Shown piece after piece: positions 27,353 through 39,700 of a stretch of DNA of 64,000 nucleotides. Position 1 is the stretch's first letter; each line of letters starts with the position of its first letter. The DNA comes from Lachnospiraceae bacterium. Its GTDB lineage: Bacteria > Bacillota > Clostridia > Lachnospirales > Lachnospiraceae. The stretch spans positions 17,691 to 81,690 of the forward strand of contig JAFZDQ010000060.1 in assembly GCA_017561085.1 (NCBI GenBank), given 5' to 3'. The notes under the pieces are model-generated. The model had not been told where the DNA came from, searched no databases, and worked only from the letters and a program-made list of their open reading frames with translations. The position numbers and the translations under genes are program-made.

Positions 27353-27964
27353 GTGGCAAAAGTTGAATTGAAACAGCCTATCGTAGCTGAAATCGCTGAA
27401 AGTATCAAAGATGCGCAGTCCGTAGTTCTCGTAGACTACCGTGGACTTACCGTTGAACAGGATACTGTTCTCCGTAAACAGCTCCGTGAGGCAGGAATCA
27501 CTTACAAGGTTTACAAAAACACCATGATGAACTTCGCGTTCAAGGGAACTGCCTTCGAAGGACTTGCTCCTTATCTTGAAGGACCCAGCGCTATTGCAAT
27601 TTCTACAGAGGATGCTACAGCACCCGCAAGAGAACTTTGCAAATTCGCTAAGACTGCTCCCAAGCTTGAAGTTAAGGGCGGTGTAGTAGAAGGTGATGTT
27701 TACGATGCAGCAGGAATCGCTGAAATCGCTAAGGTTCCTTCCAGAGAAGAATTACTTTCCAAGTTATTTGGCAGTATGCAGGCTCCTATCGCAAACCTTG
27801 CTCGTGTTCTTGATCAGTTGGCAGAAAAAGGTGGCGCAGCAGCATGTGACGCACCTGTAAAAGAAGAAGCTCCTGCTGAAGCAGAAGCACCCGCAGCAGA
27901 AGAAGCTCCCGCAGAGGAAGCTCCTGCAGCAGAAGAAGCACCTGCAGAAACACCTGCAGAATAA
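27353..27964 (+). CDS. rplJ: 50S ribosomal protein L10 with Ala/Glu/Pro-rich C-terminal extension
   Basis: VDYRGLTV, YKVYKNTMM, PSREELLS. GTG start with GGAGG RBS. Confidence 0.97.
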   Translation: MAKVELKQPIVAEIAESIKDAQSVVLVDYRGLTVEQDTVLRKQLREAGITYKVYKNTMMNFAFKGTAFEGLAPYLEGPSAIAISTEDATAPARELCKFAKTAPKLEVKGGVVEGDVYDAAGIAEIAKVPSREELLSKLFGSMQAPIANLARVLDQLAEKGGAAACDAPVKEEAPAEAEAPAAEEAPAEEAPAAEEAPAETPAE

Positions 27965-28034
27965 TGAATGAAACATCATTCCGAACTATTCGGAAGTAAA
28001 CGAAACCAAAAATATTTAAATGGAGGAAAATAAA

Positions 28035-28409
28035 ATGGCAAAGTTATCCACACAGGAATTTATTGATGCTATCAAAGAGTTAACAGTATTAGAATTAAAC
28101 GAATTAGTTAAAGCATGTGAAGAAGAATTCGGCGTATCTGCAGCAGCAGGTGCAGTTGTAGTTGCAGCAGCAGCAGAAGGCCCTGCAGCAGAAGAAAAGA
28201 CTGAATTCGACGTAGAACTTACAGAAGTAGGTCCTAACAAGGTTAAGGTTATCAAAGTAGTTCGTGAAGCTACTGGCCTTGGACTTAAGGAAGCGAAAGA
28301 CTTAGTTGACAACGCTCCTAAGATGGTTAAAGAAGGCGTTTCTAAGGAAGAAGCTGAAGATATCAAGGGCAAACTTGAAGCTGAAGGCGCTAAGATTACT
28401 CTTAAATAA
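28035..28409 (+). CDS. rplL: 50S ribosomal protein L7/L12
   Basis: [28 protein letters not shown]. Confidence 0.98.
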   Translation: MAKLSTQEFIDAIKELTVLELNELVKACEEEFGVSAAAGAVVVAAAAEGPAAEEKTEFDVELTEVGPNKVKVIKVVREATGLGLKEAKDLVDNAPKMVKEGVSKEEAEDIKGKLEAEGAKITLK

Positions 28410-28446
28410 TTTAAGACGTAGTTTTGCTTTAGAAGAAAACGTAAGT

Positions 28447-28483
28447 AAAGCCGGTCATGTGCGATGCACGTGGCCGGTTTTTT
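28447..28483 (+). terminator. Intrinsic terminator after rplL
   Basis: GCCGGTCATGTGC-GAT-GCACGTGGCCGG followed by TTTTTT. Confidence 0.75.
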
Positions 28484-28535
28484 ATGCGCAGCTCGCGGAA
28501 AGGGAGATAATTGCTGCGCAATACCGCTCGCGCGC
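28484..28535 (+). repeat. Dispersed 50-nt structured motif, copy B
   Basis: ATGCGCAGCTCGCGGA-AAGGGAGATA-ATTGC-TGC-GCAAT-A-CCGCTCGCGCGC. Confidence 0.8.
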
Positions 28536-28570
28536 GAAAATAAATTTTTTCCAAATTCTGAAAATATTTG

Positions 28571-28599
28571 TTGACTGGAAAAAAGTTTTGTAGTAGAAT
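28571..28599 (+). promoter_or_regulatory. Sigma-A promoter of rpoBC
   Basis: TTGACT-N17-TAGAAT. Confidence 0.75.
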
Positions 28600-28680
28600 G
28601 TAGGATGCTATATTGTGGTAATATATGCGAATTTTCAGGTAATATTACTTCAAAATCATAAAGAACGGGGTGAAATGTCA

Positions 28681-31600
28681 ATGGAAAAGAACAGAATACG
28701 TCCTATCGCCGCAGGCAGGAATCTACGTATGAGTTATTCACGACAGGAAGAAGTTTTGGAGATGCCAAACCTGATAGAAGTCCAGAAAGACTCCTATAAG
28801 TGGTTTTTGGAAGAAGGTCTCAAGGAAGTTTTTGATGATATCTCTCCAATTGCAGACTACAGCGGACATTTAAGTCTGGAGTTTGTAGACTTTGAATTGT
28901 GTGAAGATGACGTAAAATATTCTATTGAAAAGTGTAAGGAAAGAGATGCAACTTATGCAGCTCCCTTAAAAGTTAAGGTTCGTCTCTACAATAAAGAGAA
29001 GGAAGAAATCAGCGAACATGAAATCTTCATGGGTGATCTTCCCATTATGACTGAGACGGGTACATTCGTTATTAACGGTGCTGAGCGTGTAATCGTAAGC
29101 CAGCTTGTCCGTTCTCCCGGCATTTATTATGCAATCGGACACGACAAGATTGGTAAGAGACTGTTCTCTTCAACCGTAATTCCGAACCGTGGTGCATGGC
29201 TTGAGTATGAAACGGATTCCAATGATATTTTCTATGTTCGTGTAGATAGAACAAGAAAGGTTCCGATTACTGTCCTGATCAGAGCACTTGGTGTTGGTAC
29301 CAACGAAGAAATCAGGGAATTGTTCGGTGAAGAGCCTAAAATTGAAGCAAGTTTTTCCAAAGACGTTTCTGTAGATTATCAGGGAGGTCTCTTAGAGTTA
29401 TACAAAAAGATCCGTCCCGGTGAGCCTTTGAGCGTGGAAAGTGCAGAAAGCCTTATCAATTCCATGTTCTTTGACCCCAGAAGATATGACCTTGCGAAGG
29501 TTGGTAGATATAAATTCAACAAGAAACTTGCACTGCGTAACAGAATCAGACATCACATCTTAGCAGAGGATGTTGTTGATACACTGACCGGTGAAGTGCT
29601 TGCAACAAAGGGAACCAAAGTAACTGCAGAACTGGCTGATGCTATCCAGAATGCGGCTGTTCCTTATGTATTTATCCAGACAGAAGAAAAGAATGTAAAG
29701 ATTCTTTCCAATATGATGGTAGATATCAACAACTTTGTGGAATGCGATGCTAAGGCACTGGGCATTACCGAAAAGGTTTACTACCCTGTGCTTGCACAGA
29801 TTATCGAAGAGTTCGGTGAAGATCCCGAAGCGCTTGCTGATGCGATTAAGAAGAATGTTTGCGAACTTGTTCCCAAGCATATTACCAAGGAAGATATCCT
29901 TGCATCCATCAACTACAATATTCACTTAGAATACGGTATTGGTAATGATGACGATATCGACCACCTTGGAAACAGACGTATCAGAGCCGTTGGTGAACTT
30001 TTACAGAACCAGTACAGAATCGGTCTTTCCAGATTGGAAAGAGTGGTTCGTGAAAGAATGACTACACATGATGCTGATGATATTTCTCCTCAGGTACTGA
30101 TTAACATTAAACCTGTTCAGGCAGCAGTCAAGGAATTCTTTGGTTCCTCCCAGTTGTCCCAGTTTATGGATCAGAACAACCCCTTAGGTGAACTTACTCA
30201 TAAGAGACGTCTGTCCGCTCTCGGTCCCGGTGGTTTGTCCAGAGACCGTGCCGGATTCGAGGTTCGAGACGTTCATTATTCCCATTACGGAAGAATGTGT
30301 CCTATCGAAACACCTGAAGGTCCCAACATCGGTCTGATTAACTCTCTTGCTTCTTATGCAAGAATTAATGAGTACGGTTTCGTGGAAGCACCTTACCGTG
30401 AGATTGACAAAACTGACCCGGCTAACCCCAGGGTTACAGATACAGTTGTTTATATGACAGCTGATGAAGAAGATAACTATCATGTAGCACAGGCGAACGA
30501 ACTTTTGGATGAAAACGGCTACTTTGTAAAGAACACCGTTTCCGGTCGTTACAGAGAAGAAACTTCCGAATATCCTAAGACTATGTTCGATTACATGGAC
30601 GTATCACCTAAGATGGTGTTCTCCGTGGCTACCGCACTGATTCCCTTCCTTGAGAATGACGATGCGAACCGTGCGCTGATGGGATCTAACATGCAGCGTC
30701 AGGCAGTACCGCTTCTTACCACAGAGGCTCCTGCAGTAGGTACCGGTATGGAACCTAAGGCAGCGGTTGACTCCGGTGTTTGTGTGGTTGCAAGAAAAGC
30801 AGGTACCGTAGATTATGTTTCATCCAATTTAATTAAGATGACACATGATGACGGAGAAAAGGCTGAATATCATTTGACCAAGTTCTCCAGAAGTAACCAG
30901 AGTAACTGTTACAACCAGAAGCCCATCGTATTTAAGGGCGACCACGTGGAAGCAGGACAGGTAATTGCCGATGGTCCTTCTACCGCAATGGGTGAACTTG
31001 CTCTTGGTAAGAACCCTCTCATCGGTTTCATGACCTGGGAAGGTTACAACTACGAAGATGCTGTTCTTTTAAGTGAAAGACTGGTACAGGAAGATGTTTA
31101 TACTTCCGTACACATTGAAGAATATGAAGCAGAAGCCCGTGATACCAAATTAGGTGCAGAAGAAATCACAAGGGACGTTCCCGGTGTTGGTGATGATGCA
31201 CTGAAGGATTTGGACGAAAGAGGTATCATCCGTATCGGTGCGGAAGTACGTGCCGGAGATATTCTGGTAGGTAAGGTTACTCCTAAGGGAGAAACAGAAT
31301 TAACCGCAGAAGAAAGACTCCTTCGTGCAATCTTTGGTGAAAAGGCAAGAGAAGTAAGAGATACTTCCTTAAAGGTGCCTCACGGCGAATATGGTATTAT
31401 CGTAGATGCCAAAGTATTTACCAGAGAAAACGGTGACGAATTATCACCCGGCGTAAATCAGGCAGTACGTATTTATATCGCACAGAAGAGAAAGATTTCC
31501 GTAGGTGATAAGATGGCTGGTCGTCACGGTAACAAGGGTGTAGTTTCCCGTGTACTTCCCGTAGAAGATATGCCTTACCTTCCTAACGGACGTCCTCTTG

Positions 31601-32538
31601 ATATCGTACTTAATCCTCTGGGCGTACCTTCCCGTATGAACATCGGACAGGTACTTGAAATCCATTTATCCCTTGCAGCTAAGGCTCTTGGCTTTAACGT
31701 TGCAACACCCGTATTTGACGGTGCAAACGAAGTGGATATCATGGACACCCTGGATTTGGCGAATGATTATGTAAACTTAAGCTGGGAAGAATTCGAAGCA
31801 AAACACGGCAAAGAATTACTTCCTGAAGTACTTGAATATTTATCCGAAAACAGAGACCACAGAGAACTTTGGAAGGGTGTTCCGATTTCCAGAGACGGTA
31901 AGGTAAAACTCCGTGACGGTAGAACCGGTGAATATTTTGACAGCCCGGTAACCATCGGTCACATGCATTACTTGAAGCTCCACCATCTGGTAGACGACAA
32001 GATCCATGCACGTTCCACAGGTCCTTACGCGCTGGTAACACAGCAGCCTTTAGGTGGTAAGGCACAGTTCGGTGGACAGCGTTTCGGTGAAATGGAAGTT
32101 TGGGCACTGGAAGCTTATGGTGCATCTTATACATTGCAGGAAATCCTGACAGTGAAATCCGACGATGTTGTTGGTCGTGTGAAGACATACGAAGCAATCA
32201 TCAAGGGTGAAAATATTCCTGAACCCGGTATTCCGGAATCCTTCAAGGTATTGCTTAAGGAATTACAGTCCATCGGTCTTGATGTGAAAGTACTTCGTGA
32301 AGACAATACAGAGGTTGAAATCATGGAAACCATCGATTACAGTGACAGTGATTACCGTTACGAGATGGAAGGCGAAAACAAGAACTATGATTACGAACAG
32401 GGTTCTTTAGCCTCCATGGGTTATCAGCAGCAGGAATTTGACGCAGAAAGCGGCGAGCTGGTAAGCGCAGAAGATGATTTTGAAGAAGCTTACGAAGATG
32501 ATTTCGATAGCTATGATGATGATTCTTTTGATGAATAA
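28681..32538 (+). CDS. rpoB: RNA polymerase beta subunit
   Basis: [41 protein letters not shown]. Confidence 0.99.
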   Translation: MEKNRIRPIAAGRNLRMSYSRQEEVLEMPNLIEVQKDSYKWFLEEGLKEVFDDISPIADYSGHLSLEFVDFELCEDDVKYSIEKCKERDATYAAPLKVKVRLYNKEKEEISEHEIFMGDLPIMTETGTFVINGAERVIVSQLVRSPGIYYAIGHDKIGKRLFSSTVIPNRGAWLEYETDSNDIFYVRVDRTRKVPITVLIRALGVGTNEEIRELFGEEPKIEASFSKDVSVDYQGGLLELYKKIRPGEPLSVESAESLINSMFFDPRRYDLAKVGRYKFNKKLALRNRIRHHILAEDVVDTLTGEVLATKGTKVTAELADAIQNAAVPYVFIQTEEKNVKILSNMMVDINNFVECDAKALGITEKVYYPVLAQIIEEFGEDPEALADAIKKNVCELVPKHITKEDILASINYNIHLEYGIGNDDDIDHLGNRRIRAVGELLQNQYRIGLSRLERVVRERMTTHDADDISPQVLINIKPVQAAVKEFFGSSQLSQFMDQNNPLGELTHKRRLSALGPGGLSRDRAGFEVRDVHYSHYGRMCPIETPEGPNIGLINSLASYARINEYGFVEAPYREIDKTDPANPRVTDTVVYMTADEEDNYHVAQANELLDENGYFVKNTVSGRYREETSEYPKTMFDYMDVSPKMVFSVATALIPFLENDDANRALMGSNMQRQAVPLLTTEAPAVGTGMEPKAAVDSGVCVVARKAGTVDYVSSNLIKMTHDDGEKAEYHLTKFSRSNQSNCYNQKPIVFKGDHVEAGQVIADGPSTAMGELALGKNPLIGFMTWEGYNYEDAVLLSERLVQEDVYTSVHIEEYEAEARDTKLGAEEITRDVPGVGDDALKDLDERGIIRIGAEVRAGDILVGKVTPKGETELTAEERLLRAIFGEKAREVRDTSLKVPHGEYGIIVDAKVFTRENGDELSPGVNQAVRIYIAQKRKISVGDKMAGRHGNKGVVSRVLPVEDMPYLPNGRPLDIVLNPLGVPSRMNIGQVLEIHLSLAAKALGFNVATPVFDGANEVDIMDTLDLANDYVNLSWEEFEAKHGKELLPEVLEYLSENRDHRELWKGVPISRDGKVKLRDGRTGEYFDSPVTIGHMHYLKLHHLVDDKIHARSTGPYALVTQQPLGGKAQFGGQRFGEMEVWALEAYGASYTLQEILTVKSDDVVGRVKTYEAIIKGENIPEPGIPESFKVLLKELQSIGLDVKVLREDNTEVEIMETIDYSDSDYRYEMEGENKNYDYEQGSLASMGYQQQEFDAESGELVSAEDDFEEAYEDDFDSYDDDSFDE

Positions 32539-32594
32539 CAGCGAAGTTACCTTAAAATTGCGATATGAATAAATATCCGGAAGGAGTGCCAAAA

Positions 32595-35500
32595 ATGTCA
32601 GAAACAAAACAGGAAGTGTATCAGCCGATGACATTCGATGCCATCAAGATTGGTTTAGCATCACCCGAAAAAATTCTGGAATGGTCCAGAGGTGAAGTTT
32701 TAAAGCCTGAGACCATCAACTACAGAACCTTAAAGCCTGAAAAGGACGGTCTGTACTGTGAAAAGATTTTCGGACCCAGCAAGGACTGGGAATGTCATTG
32801 TGGTAAATATAAGAAAATCAGATATAAAGGCGTTGTCTGTGACCGTTGCGGCGTAGAAGTTACCAAGTCCAGCGTGCGTAGAGAACGTATGGGACACATT
32901 GAGCTTGCAGCTCCCGTATCCCATATCTGGTATTTTAAAGGAATCCCCAGCCGTATGGGCTTAATCCTTGATTTGTCCCCCAGAGTGCTTGAAAAAGTTC
33001 TGTACTTTGCTTCCTACATCGTACTTGATGCAGGCGAGACAGACTTAGAATACAAGCAGGTTCTTTCTGAAAAAGAATACCAGGACGCTAAGGATACATG
33101 GGGAAGCAAAGCATTCCGCGTAGGAATGGGTGCTGAAGCAATCAAAGAATTACTTCAGGCAATCGATTTGGAAGCGGAAACAGCAGAACTTCGTACCGGC
33201 CTTAAGGAATCTACCGGTCAGAAACGTGCGAGAATTATCAAGAGATTGGAAGTAGTTGAAGCTTTCAGGGAATCCGGCAATCAGCCTGAATGGATGATTA
33301 TGGATGCCATCCCGGTAATTCCTCCGGATTTAAGACCTATGGTTCAGCTTGACGGCGGACGTTTTGCAACCTCAGACTTAAATGATTTATACAGAAGAAT
33401 TATCAATAGAAATAACCGTTTAAAGAGACTCCTTGAATTAGGTGCACCTGACATTATCGTTCGTAACGAAAAGAGAATGCTTCAGGAAGCAGTGGATGCA
33501 CTCATTGACAACGGCAGACGCGGAAGACCGGTAACAGGACCCGGTAACAGAGCACTGAAATCTTTATCCGACATGCTCAAAGGTAAGGGCGGACGTTTCC
33601 GTCAGAATCTCCTTGGTAAGCGTGTAGACTACTCCGGACGTTCCGTTATCGTAGTAGGACCGGAACTTAAGATTTATCAGTGTGGTCTTCCTAAAGAAAT
33701 GGCTATCGAGCTTTTCAAGCCTTTCGTAATGAAAGAACTGGTGGCAAGAGGCATTTCACAGAATATTAAGAATGCAAAGAAATTAGTAGAAAGATGGGAT
33801 GCGCAGGTTTGGGACGTTCTCGAAGAAGTAATCAAAGAACATCCTGTAATGCTTAACCGTGCTCCTACACTTCACAGACTGGGTATTCAGGCGTTTGAAC
33901 CCATTCTGGTAGAAGGTAAGGCTATTAAGCTTCATCCCCTTGTTTGTACAGCGTTCAACGCCGACTTCGACGGTGACCAGATGGCTGTACACCTTCCCCT
34001 TTCCATGGAAGCGCAGGCTGAGTGCAGATTCTTACTTCTTTCACCCAACAACCTGCTGAAGCCTTCCGATGGTGGTCCCGTAGCCGTTCCTTCACAGGAT
34101 ATGGTTCTTGGTATTTACTACCTGACACAGGAAAGACCCGGTTCTGTCGGTGAAGGTAAATTTTACAAGAGCGTAAACGAAGCAATCCTTGCTTATGAAA
34201 ATAAGGCTTGTACGCTTCACTCCAGAATTAAAGTAAGAGTATCCAAAGTAAATGCGGAAGGCGAAACGATTACCGGTACGGTAGAATCCACATTGGGACG
34301 TTTCCTCTTTAATGAAATCCTTCCTCAGGACCTTGGTTATGTAGACAGAAATGATCCGGAACAGTTCTTACTTCCTGAAGTTGACTTCCATGTAGGTAAG
34401 AAACAGTTAAAGCAGATCCTTGAAAAAGTAATTAATACACATGGTGCATCCAAGACAGCAGAAGTGCTCGACTTAATCAAAGCAACCGGTTATAAATACT
34501 CTACAAGAGCTGCTATGACCGTATCCATTTCCGATATGACCGTGCCTGCACAGAAACAGCAGATGCTGGATGAAGCACAGACAACCGTAGATAAGATTGC
34601 ACAGAACTTCAGACGTGGTCTCATCACCGAAGAAGAAAGATACCGTGCAGTAGTTGAAACCTGGAACGATACCGATAAGCAGCTGACAGAAGTTCTGCTT
34701 GCAGGTCTTGATAAGTACAACAACATCTACATGATGGCTGACTCCGGTGCCCGTGGTTCCAACCAGCAGATTAAGCAGCTGGCAGGTATGCGTGGTTTGA
34801 TGGCTGATACAACAGGTAGAACCATTGAATTACCTATCAAGTCAAACTTCCGTGAAGGTCTTGACGTACTGGAATACTTCATGTCTGCGCATGGTGCTCG
34901 TAAGGGTCTGTCCGATACCGCTCTTAGAACAGCGGACTCCGGTTACTTGACCAGACGTATGGTTGACGTATCACAGGAACTCATTATCCGTGAAGTTGAC
35001 TGTATGGAAGGTGCGGAAGAAATTCCCGGCATGACAGTGAAGGCATTCATGGATGGTAAAGAAACCATCGAAAGCTTGAAAGACAGAATTACAGGTAGAT
35101 TTACCTGTGAAAATATGTATGACAAGGACGGCAATCTGATCGTTAAGAGAAATCATATGATTACTCCCAGCCGTGCAGCTAAGATTCTTAGCGTAGGCGT
35201 TGATGCAGACGGTAATCCTGTTGAGAAAGTAAAAATCCGTACCATCTTAAACTGCCGTTCCCGTAATGGTATCTGTGCGAAGTGCTACGGCGCGAACATG
35301 GCTACCGGTGAAGCAGTACAGGTTGGTGAAGCAGTTGGTATTATCGCAGCACAGTCTATCGGTGAACCCGGTACACAGCTTACCATGCGTACCTTCCATA
35401 CCGGTGGTGTTGCGGGTGACGATATCACACAGGGTCTTCCCCGTGTTGAGGAACTTTTTGAAGCAAGAAAGCCTAAGGGACTTGCAATCATCGCTGAATT

Positions 35501-36284
35501 TGGCGGTGTAGCAACCATTAAGGATACCAAGAAGAAACGTGAAATCGTGATTACCAACGAGGAAACAGGCGAAAGCAAAGCATACCTCATTCCTTACGGT
35601 TCCAGAATTAAGATTATGGACGGCGCAGTACTTGAAGCCGGTGATGAACTGACAGAAGGTAGTGTAAATCCTCATGACTTACTGAAGATTAAGGGAATCC
35701 GTGCGGTACAGGATTATATGCTCCGCGAAGTTCAGAGAGTATATCGTCTCCAGGGTGTAGATATCAGCGATAAGCATATCGAAGTTATCGTTCGTCAGAT
35801 GCTTAAGAAAGTAAGAATCGAAAACAACGGCGATACAGAATTCCTTCCCGGTACATTGGTTGACGTTCTTGAATATGAAGATATCAATGAACAGTTAATT
35901 GCAGAAGGTAAGGAACCCGCAGACGGTAAGCAGGTAATGCTTGGTATTACCAAGGCAGCACTTGCAACCAACTCCTTCTTATCCGCTGCTTCCTTCCAGG
36001 AAACCACTAAGGTTCTGACAGAAGCAGCAATTAAGGGTAAGGTAGATCCTCTTATCGGTCTTAAGGAAAACGTTATCATTGGTAAACTGATTCCTGCAGG
36101 TACCGGTATGAAGCGTTACCGTAATGCGAGACTCAGCACTGATTACCAGATGGAAGTGAAGATGGAAGAAGAAATCATCACTGACGAAGAAGTAATGGCA
36201 GATGAGGAAGTTGTATTAGCAGAAGCAGCTGATGATGTTGTGACAGATGTCATGACAGATGTGGAAGTTGCTGATGAAGAATAA
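32595..36284 (+). CDS. rpoC: RNA polymerase beta-prime subunit
   Basis: [12 protein letters not shown] catalytic motif and the CECHCGKYK...CDRC zinc finger. Confidence 0.99.
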   Translation: MSETKQEVYQPMTFDAIKIGLASPEKILEWSRGEVLKPETINYRTLKPEKDGLYCEKIFGPSKDWECHCGKYKKIRYKGVVCDRCGVEVTKSSVRRERMGHIELAAPVSHIWYFKGIPSRMGLILDLSPRVLEKVLYFASYIVLDAGETDLEYKQVLSEKEYQDAKDTWGSKAFRVGMGAEAIKELLQAIDLEAETAELRTGLKESTGQKRARIIKRLEVVEAFRESGNQPEWMIMDAIPVIPPDLRPMVQLDGGRFATSDLNDLYRRIINRNNRLKRLLELGAPDIIVRNEKRMLQEAVDALIDNGRRGRPVTGPGNRALKSLSDMLKGKGGRFRQNLLGKRVDYSGRSVIVVGPELKIYQCGLPKEMAIELFKPFVMKELVARGISQNIKNAKKLVERWDAQVWDVLEEVIKEHPVMLNRAPTLHRLGIQAFEPILVEGKAIKLHPLVCTAFNADFDGDQMAVHLPLSMEAQAECRFLLLSPNNLLKPSDGGPVAVPSQDMVLGIYYLTQERPGSVGEGKFYKSVNEAILAYENKACTLHSRIKVRVSKVNAEGETITGTVESTLGRFLFNEILPQDLGYVDRNDPEQFLLPEVDFHVGKKQLKQILEKVINTHGASKTAEVLDLIKATGYKYSTRAAMTVSISDMTVPAQKQQMLDEAQTTVDKIAQNFRRGLITEEERYRAVVETWNDTDKQLTEVLLAGLDKYNNIYMMADSGARGSNQQIKQLAGMRGLMADTTGRTIELPIKSNFREGLDVLEYFMSAHGARKGLSDTALRTADSGYLTRRMVDVSQELIIREVDCMEGAEEIPGMTVKAFMDGKETIESLKDRITGRFTCENMYDKDGNLIVKRNHMITPSRAAKILSVGVDADGNPVEKVKIRTILNCRSRNGICAKCYGANMATGEAVQVGEAVGIIAAQSIGEPGTQLTMRTFHTGGVAGDDITQGLPRVEELFEARKPKGLAIIAEFGGVATIKDTKKKREIVITNEETGESKAYLIPYGSRIKIMDGAVLEAGDELTEGSVNPHDLLKIKGIRAVQDYMLREVQRVYRLQGVDISDKHIEVIVRQMLKKVRIENNGDTEFLPGTLVDVLEYEDINEQLIAEGKEPADGKQVMLGITKAALATNSFLSAASFQETTKVLTEAAIKGKVDPLIGLKENVIIGKLIPAGTGMKRYRNARLSTDYQMEVKMEEEIITDEEVMADEEVVLAEAADDVVTDVMTDVEVADEE

Positions 36285-36306
36285 ATAAAAAACGACGAAA
36301 ATATAC

Positions 36307-36345
36307 GAAAATCCGACACAATTCATGTGCCGGATTTTCTGTTTT
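36307..36345 (+). terminator. Intrinsic terminator after rpoC
   Basis: GAAAATCCG-ACACA-ATTCA-TGTGC-CGGATTTTC followed by TGTTTT. Confidence 0.65.
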
Positions 36346-36591
36346 GTTGAACATCCACAATTTATTTAACGGAAAAATAATTAATTTTTGTCATAATGCC
36401 GCATTGCACCTATCGACAGAAAGGAGTAATATCTATATAGGATAATAGTCCTAATTTAATAGCATATTGTTAAATAAGGAATGCCCGCTACATCGAGCCT
36501 TATTTCAGTGTATATCTGGTCTTCAGGTATGTAATGAAATGAGACTCGATTTTTTATTTCACAGGAATTTCCTGAGAAATAAAAAATACAG

Positions 36592-36641
36592 ATGCGCAGC
36601 TCGCGGAGAGGAAAATGTCGCATGGCGACCCGCTCGCGCGC
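36592..36641 (+). repeat. Dispersed 50-nt structured motif, copy C
   Basis: ATGCGCAGCTCGCGGA-GAGGAAAAT-GTCGC-ATG-GCGAC-CCGCTCGCGCGC. Confidence 0.8.
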
Positions 36642-36741
36642 TTAAACTTGCGCGGATGCGCAAGTTTTCTTATGGAATTGAAGCGAAATCCCTGCTTCAA
36701 TTAAGAAAAAACAAATAGGGTTGAAAGAGAAGGAGAGAGAA

Positions 36742-39700
36742 ATGAGAAGGACAAAGAGATGGTTAGCAATGGCAATGGCAGTATTAATCACGGCAAGCAC
36801 CTTAGCCGGCGATTACATGATTGCCACAGCAGCAGAAGTGTCTGTTGTTGATGAAGTTGCAACAGAAGAAGCAGTTGAAGAAACTGCAACTGAACAAGGT
36901 GAAGAAAAAGAAAATCCGTTTGAAATAACGGTTTATCAGCAGCCTACAGAGGCACCTGCGGCAGAGCCCACCCAGGCTCCGGCAACCCAGGCACCTGTAG
37001 TAGAGGAGTCCACAGAGGCACCTGTAGCAGAAGAAACAGAAACACCTGCTGCAGAACCTACCCAGGCACCTACTGAAGATGCGACAGAAGCACCTGCAGA
37101 AGAGCCTACCCAGGCGCCCGCAGAAGATGCTACAGCTGCGCCTTCTGAAGAAGCAACAGAAGCACCTGCAGAAGATGCGTCAGCAACTCCTGAAGAGAGT
37201 GCAACTCCCGAAGAAACAGCAACTCCCGAAGAAACAGAAGAACCTACAGAAGATCCTACAGAAGAGCCTGAAGAAGAGGCAATTGTAGGTGATTCTATAA
37301 CCATTTCTTATAAAGTAAATAATGACACATATGGCTATATTGACGGTGAAACAGAAAGTTTTGTGTCCGCAGATTCTGAAGAAGAAATTCAGGGTGCAGT
37401 AGCTGTTGCCAATGATGGCTATGTGTTTGTAAATTGGACAAATGAAGACGGTGCGGAAGTGAGTACCAAGGAACTTTTTGTCCCTACAGAAAAAGTGACT
37501 GCAGAGTATACAGCAAACTTTGAAGCAAAAGAAGCGGTTATTACTTATCCTGCAGTTGATTTCGGAAGCTTTTATGTATCCGGCATGAAGGTTTCTATCG
37601 TTGCGCCCGAAGGAGCATTCCCTGAAGGAACAAAGGTTTCTGTGAATGAAGTATCCGTGAGCGCAGCATTGGATGCAGTAGAAGATGCAATTGAAGATAA
37701 TGTGGAAATCGCGGAAGTGAAAGCGGTTGATATTACATTTACTGATAAGAATGGTAACGAAATCCAGCCCCTGGTGCCGATTTCCGTTTCCTTCTCACAG
37801 GCAAATCTGGATGGTAACAGTTTTGCGGTTTACCATGCAGACGGTTCTGATGTAGAAAAAGTGGCAGACTTAAACAGTGCAGATGGTGGTGCCATCAAAA
37901 CTGATTCCTTCTCAATGTATGTACTTGTTGGTGTAAACTCCGTAAATATCGGTGAAATGGCAAGTTATACCATGTATCAGGGAGAAACCATCAAGGTTTA
38001 TGCTGATACAACTGATAGAAACGGTACATTTAGTGTTACCGGAAATAACGGAAACATTATTACTTTAGGCACTAAGACTACCTACAACGGACATCCTGCA
38101 GTAGAGGTAAAAGCGTCCACAAACAAAACCGGTAACGTGACTGTTAAATATAAATCCGGTTCTTATGAGCAGACTATTAAGATTGTAGTAAAAGAAAAAA
38201 TTACAGTTTCCTTTGATGTAGATGGAGGAAGTGTTGCAGCGCCTACATCTATCGGAGCAGTAGTAGGAACTGAAATTACTATGCCTTCTTATACAGGAAC
38301 CAAGAACGGATATCAGTTTGTTGGTTGGGCAAAGAATAAAAATGTAAACACTAATGGTAATTATGATAATGGTGCCAATTACATTATTTATCCTGCCGGC
38401 TCTAAATATGTTGTTGTAGAAAATTCATGGTGGAGCAATAATAATCAGTTTTATGCTATTTGGGCAAGTACTTCAGGAAAAACGGCAGAATTTTATATCA
38501 GAAAGGAATCTACCATTCCTTATGAGCCTAAAGCGCAGGATACATCTGACTTCTCAAGTAAAATTACAATTGAAAATGCAATTAAAGTAGCATCTTTCTA
38601 TGCGAATCAGCAGGGGGTAAATGAACGCTTAAACGCTGTTCCGACAGATGAGCAGATTAAGGAAAAACGTCCCGATTACAATCCTGAAACAGATTATATT
38701 GTTTGGTATGTAATTAAGCAGGAAGGTAATGGCGCAGGAAGCTGGCACGTAGATGGTGTGTTGTTAAAAAAGGAACTTGTTAACTTAACCTACGACCCTA
38801 ACGCTGGCGAAGTAACTGTTTATAATATGCCTGTAGGACGCCAGTATGCAGTGGGAGCAACTGCAACTGTAGACAGTGCAAAACCGACCAGAACAGGTTA
38901 CACCTTTGACAGCTGGAATACACAGCCCGGCGGAAACGGAACCAGATATACAGGCGGTAATACCTTTACAATTAATGCAAATACAACTCTTTATGCGCAG
39001 TGGATAGCTGACAGCAATACCAAGTATGTAGTTGAAAGATATAATGCTGAAACCGGTGCAAAAATTGATGAAATTACCAGAAGCGCCGTAACAGACAGCA
39101 TTACTCACGCTACAGAATCCGACAAGTCTTTAGCAGGCTATACCTTTGCCGAAGATGATACAAGAAACGTTCTTTCCGGTCTTGTAGCAGCAGACGGAAG
39201 TTTAGTATTAAAACTTTATTTTGACGCAAAAGATATCACTGTAACCATTACGGAAAACAGTGGCGAAGAATTATATGATGGCACAGTTAAGTCCGTTAAC
39301 GGATATACTGCTTCTATCAGTGAGCCTTCTTATACGGAAGCAGACTTTACCTTTAAGGGCGATGCAACCGTAAGCGGAACCGATGCCGGTACATACAATA
39401 TGAACTTAAAGGCAAGCGATTTCGTAAATACCAATAAGAACTTTACCAAGGTAAACTTCGTAATCGTAGATGGTACACTTACCATTAGCAAGAGAACTGT
39501 TACCCTGACAAGTGCTACCGATGAAAAAGTATTTGACGGAACAGCACTTACCAATGATGAAGTGACAGTAGGCGGCGACGGCTTTGCAGCAGACGAAGGT
39601 GCTTCTTATGAGGTAACAGGTAGCCAGACGAATGCGGGTAGCAGCGCAAATAAGTTCTCTTATACATTAAATAACGGAACAAAGGCTGCTAATTACAATA

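Noticed and set aside
30130-30230. Rifampicin-resistance changes in rpoB (and streptomycin changes in rpsL)
   Set aside because: The RRDR reads [29 protein letters not shown] with D, H and S intact. The S12 PKKPNS and RVKDLPG lysines are wild type.
32400-36284. Acidic C-terminal tails of RpoB and RpoC as novel features
   Set aside because: Low-complexity acidic tails are common in Clostridia RNA polymerase subunits. Nothing specific can be supported.
36615-36704. 29-codon leader peptide starting inside motif copy C (also ORF 36467..36718)
   Set aside because: The ATG is not conserved in the other two motif copies and the peptide has no informative composition. It is better explained by the hairpins.
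36440-36741. c-di-GMP riboswitch upstream of the adhesin gene
   Set aside because: Expected by context, but I could not find the class I (GGCAAA...GACGCAAA) or class II signatures. A covariance-model search would settle it.
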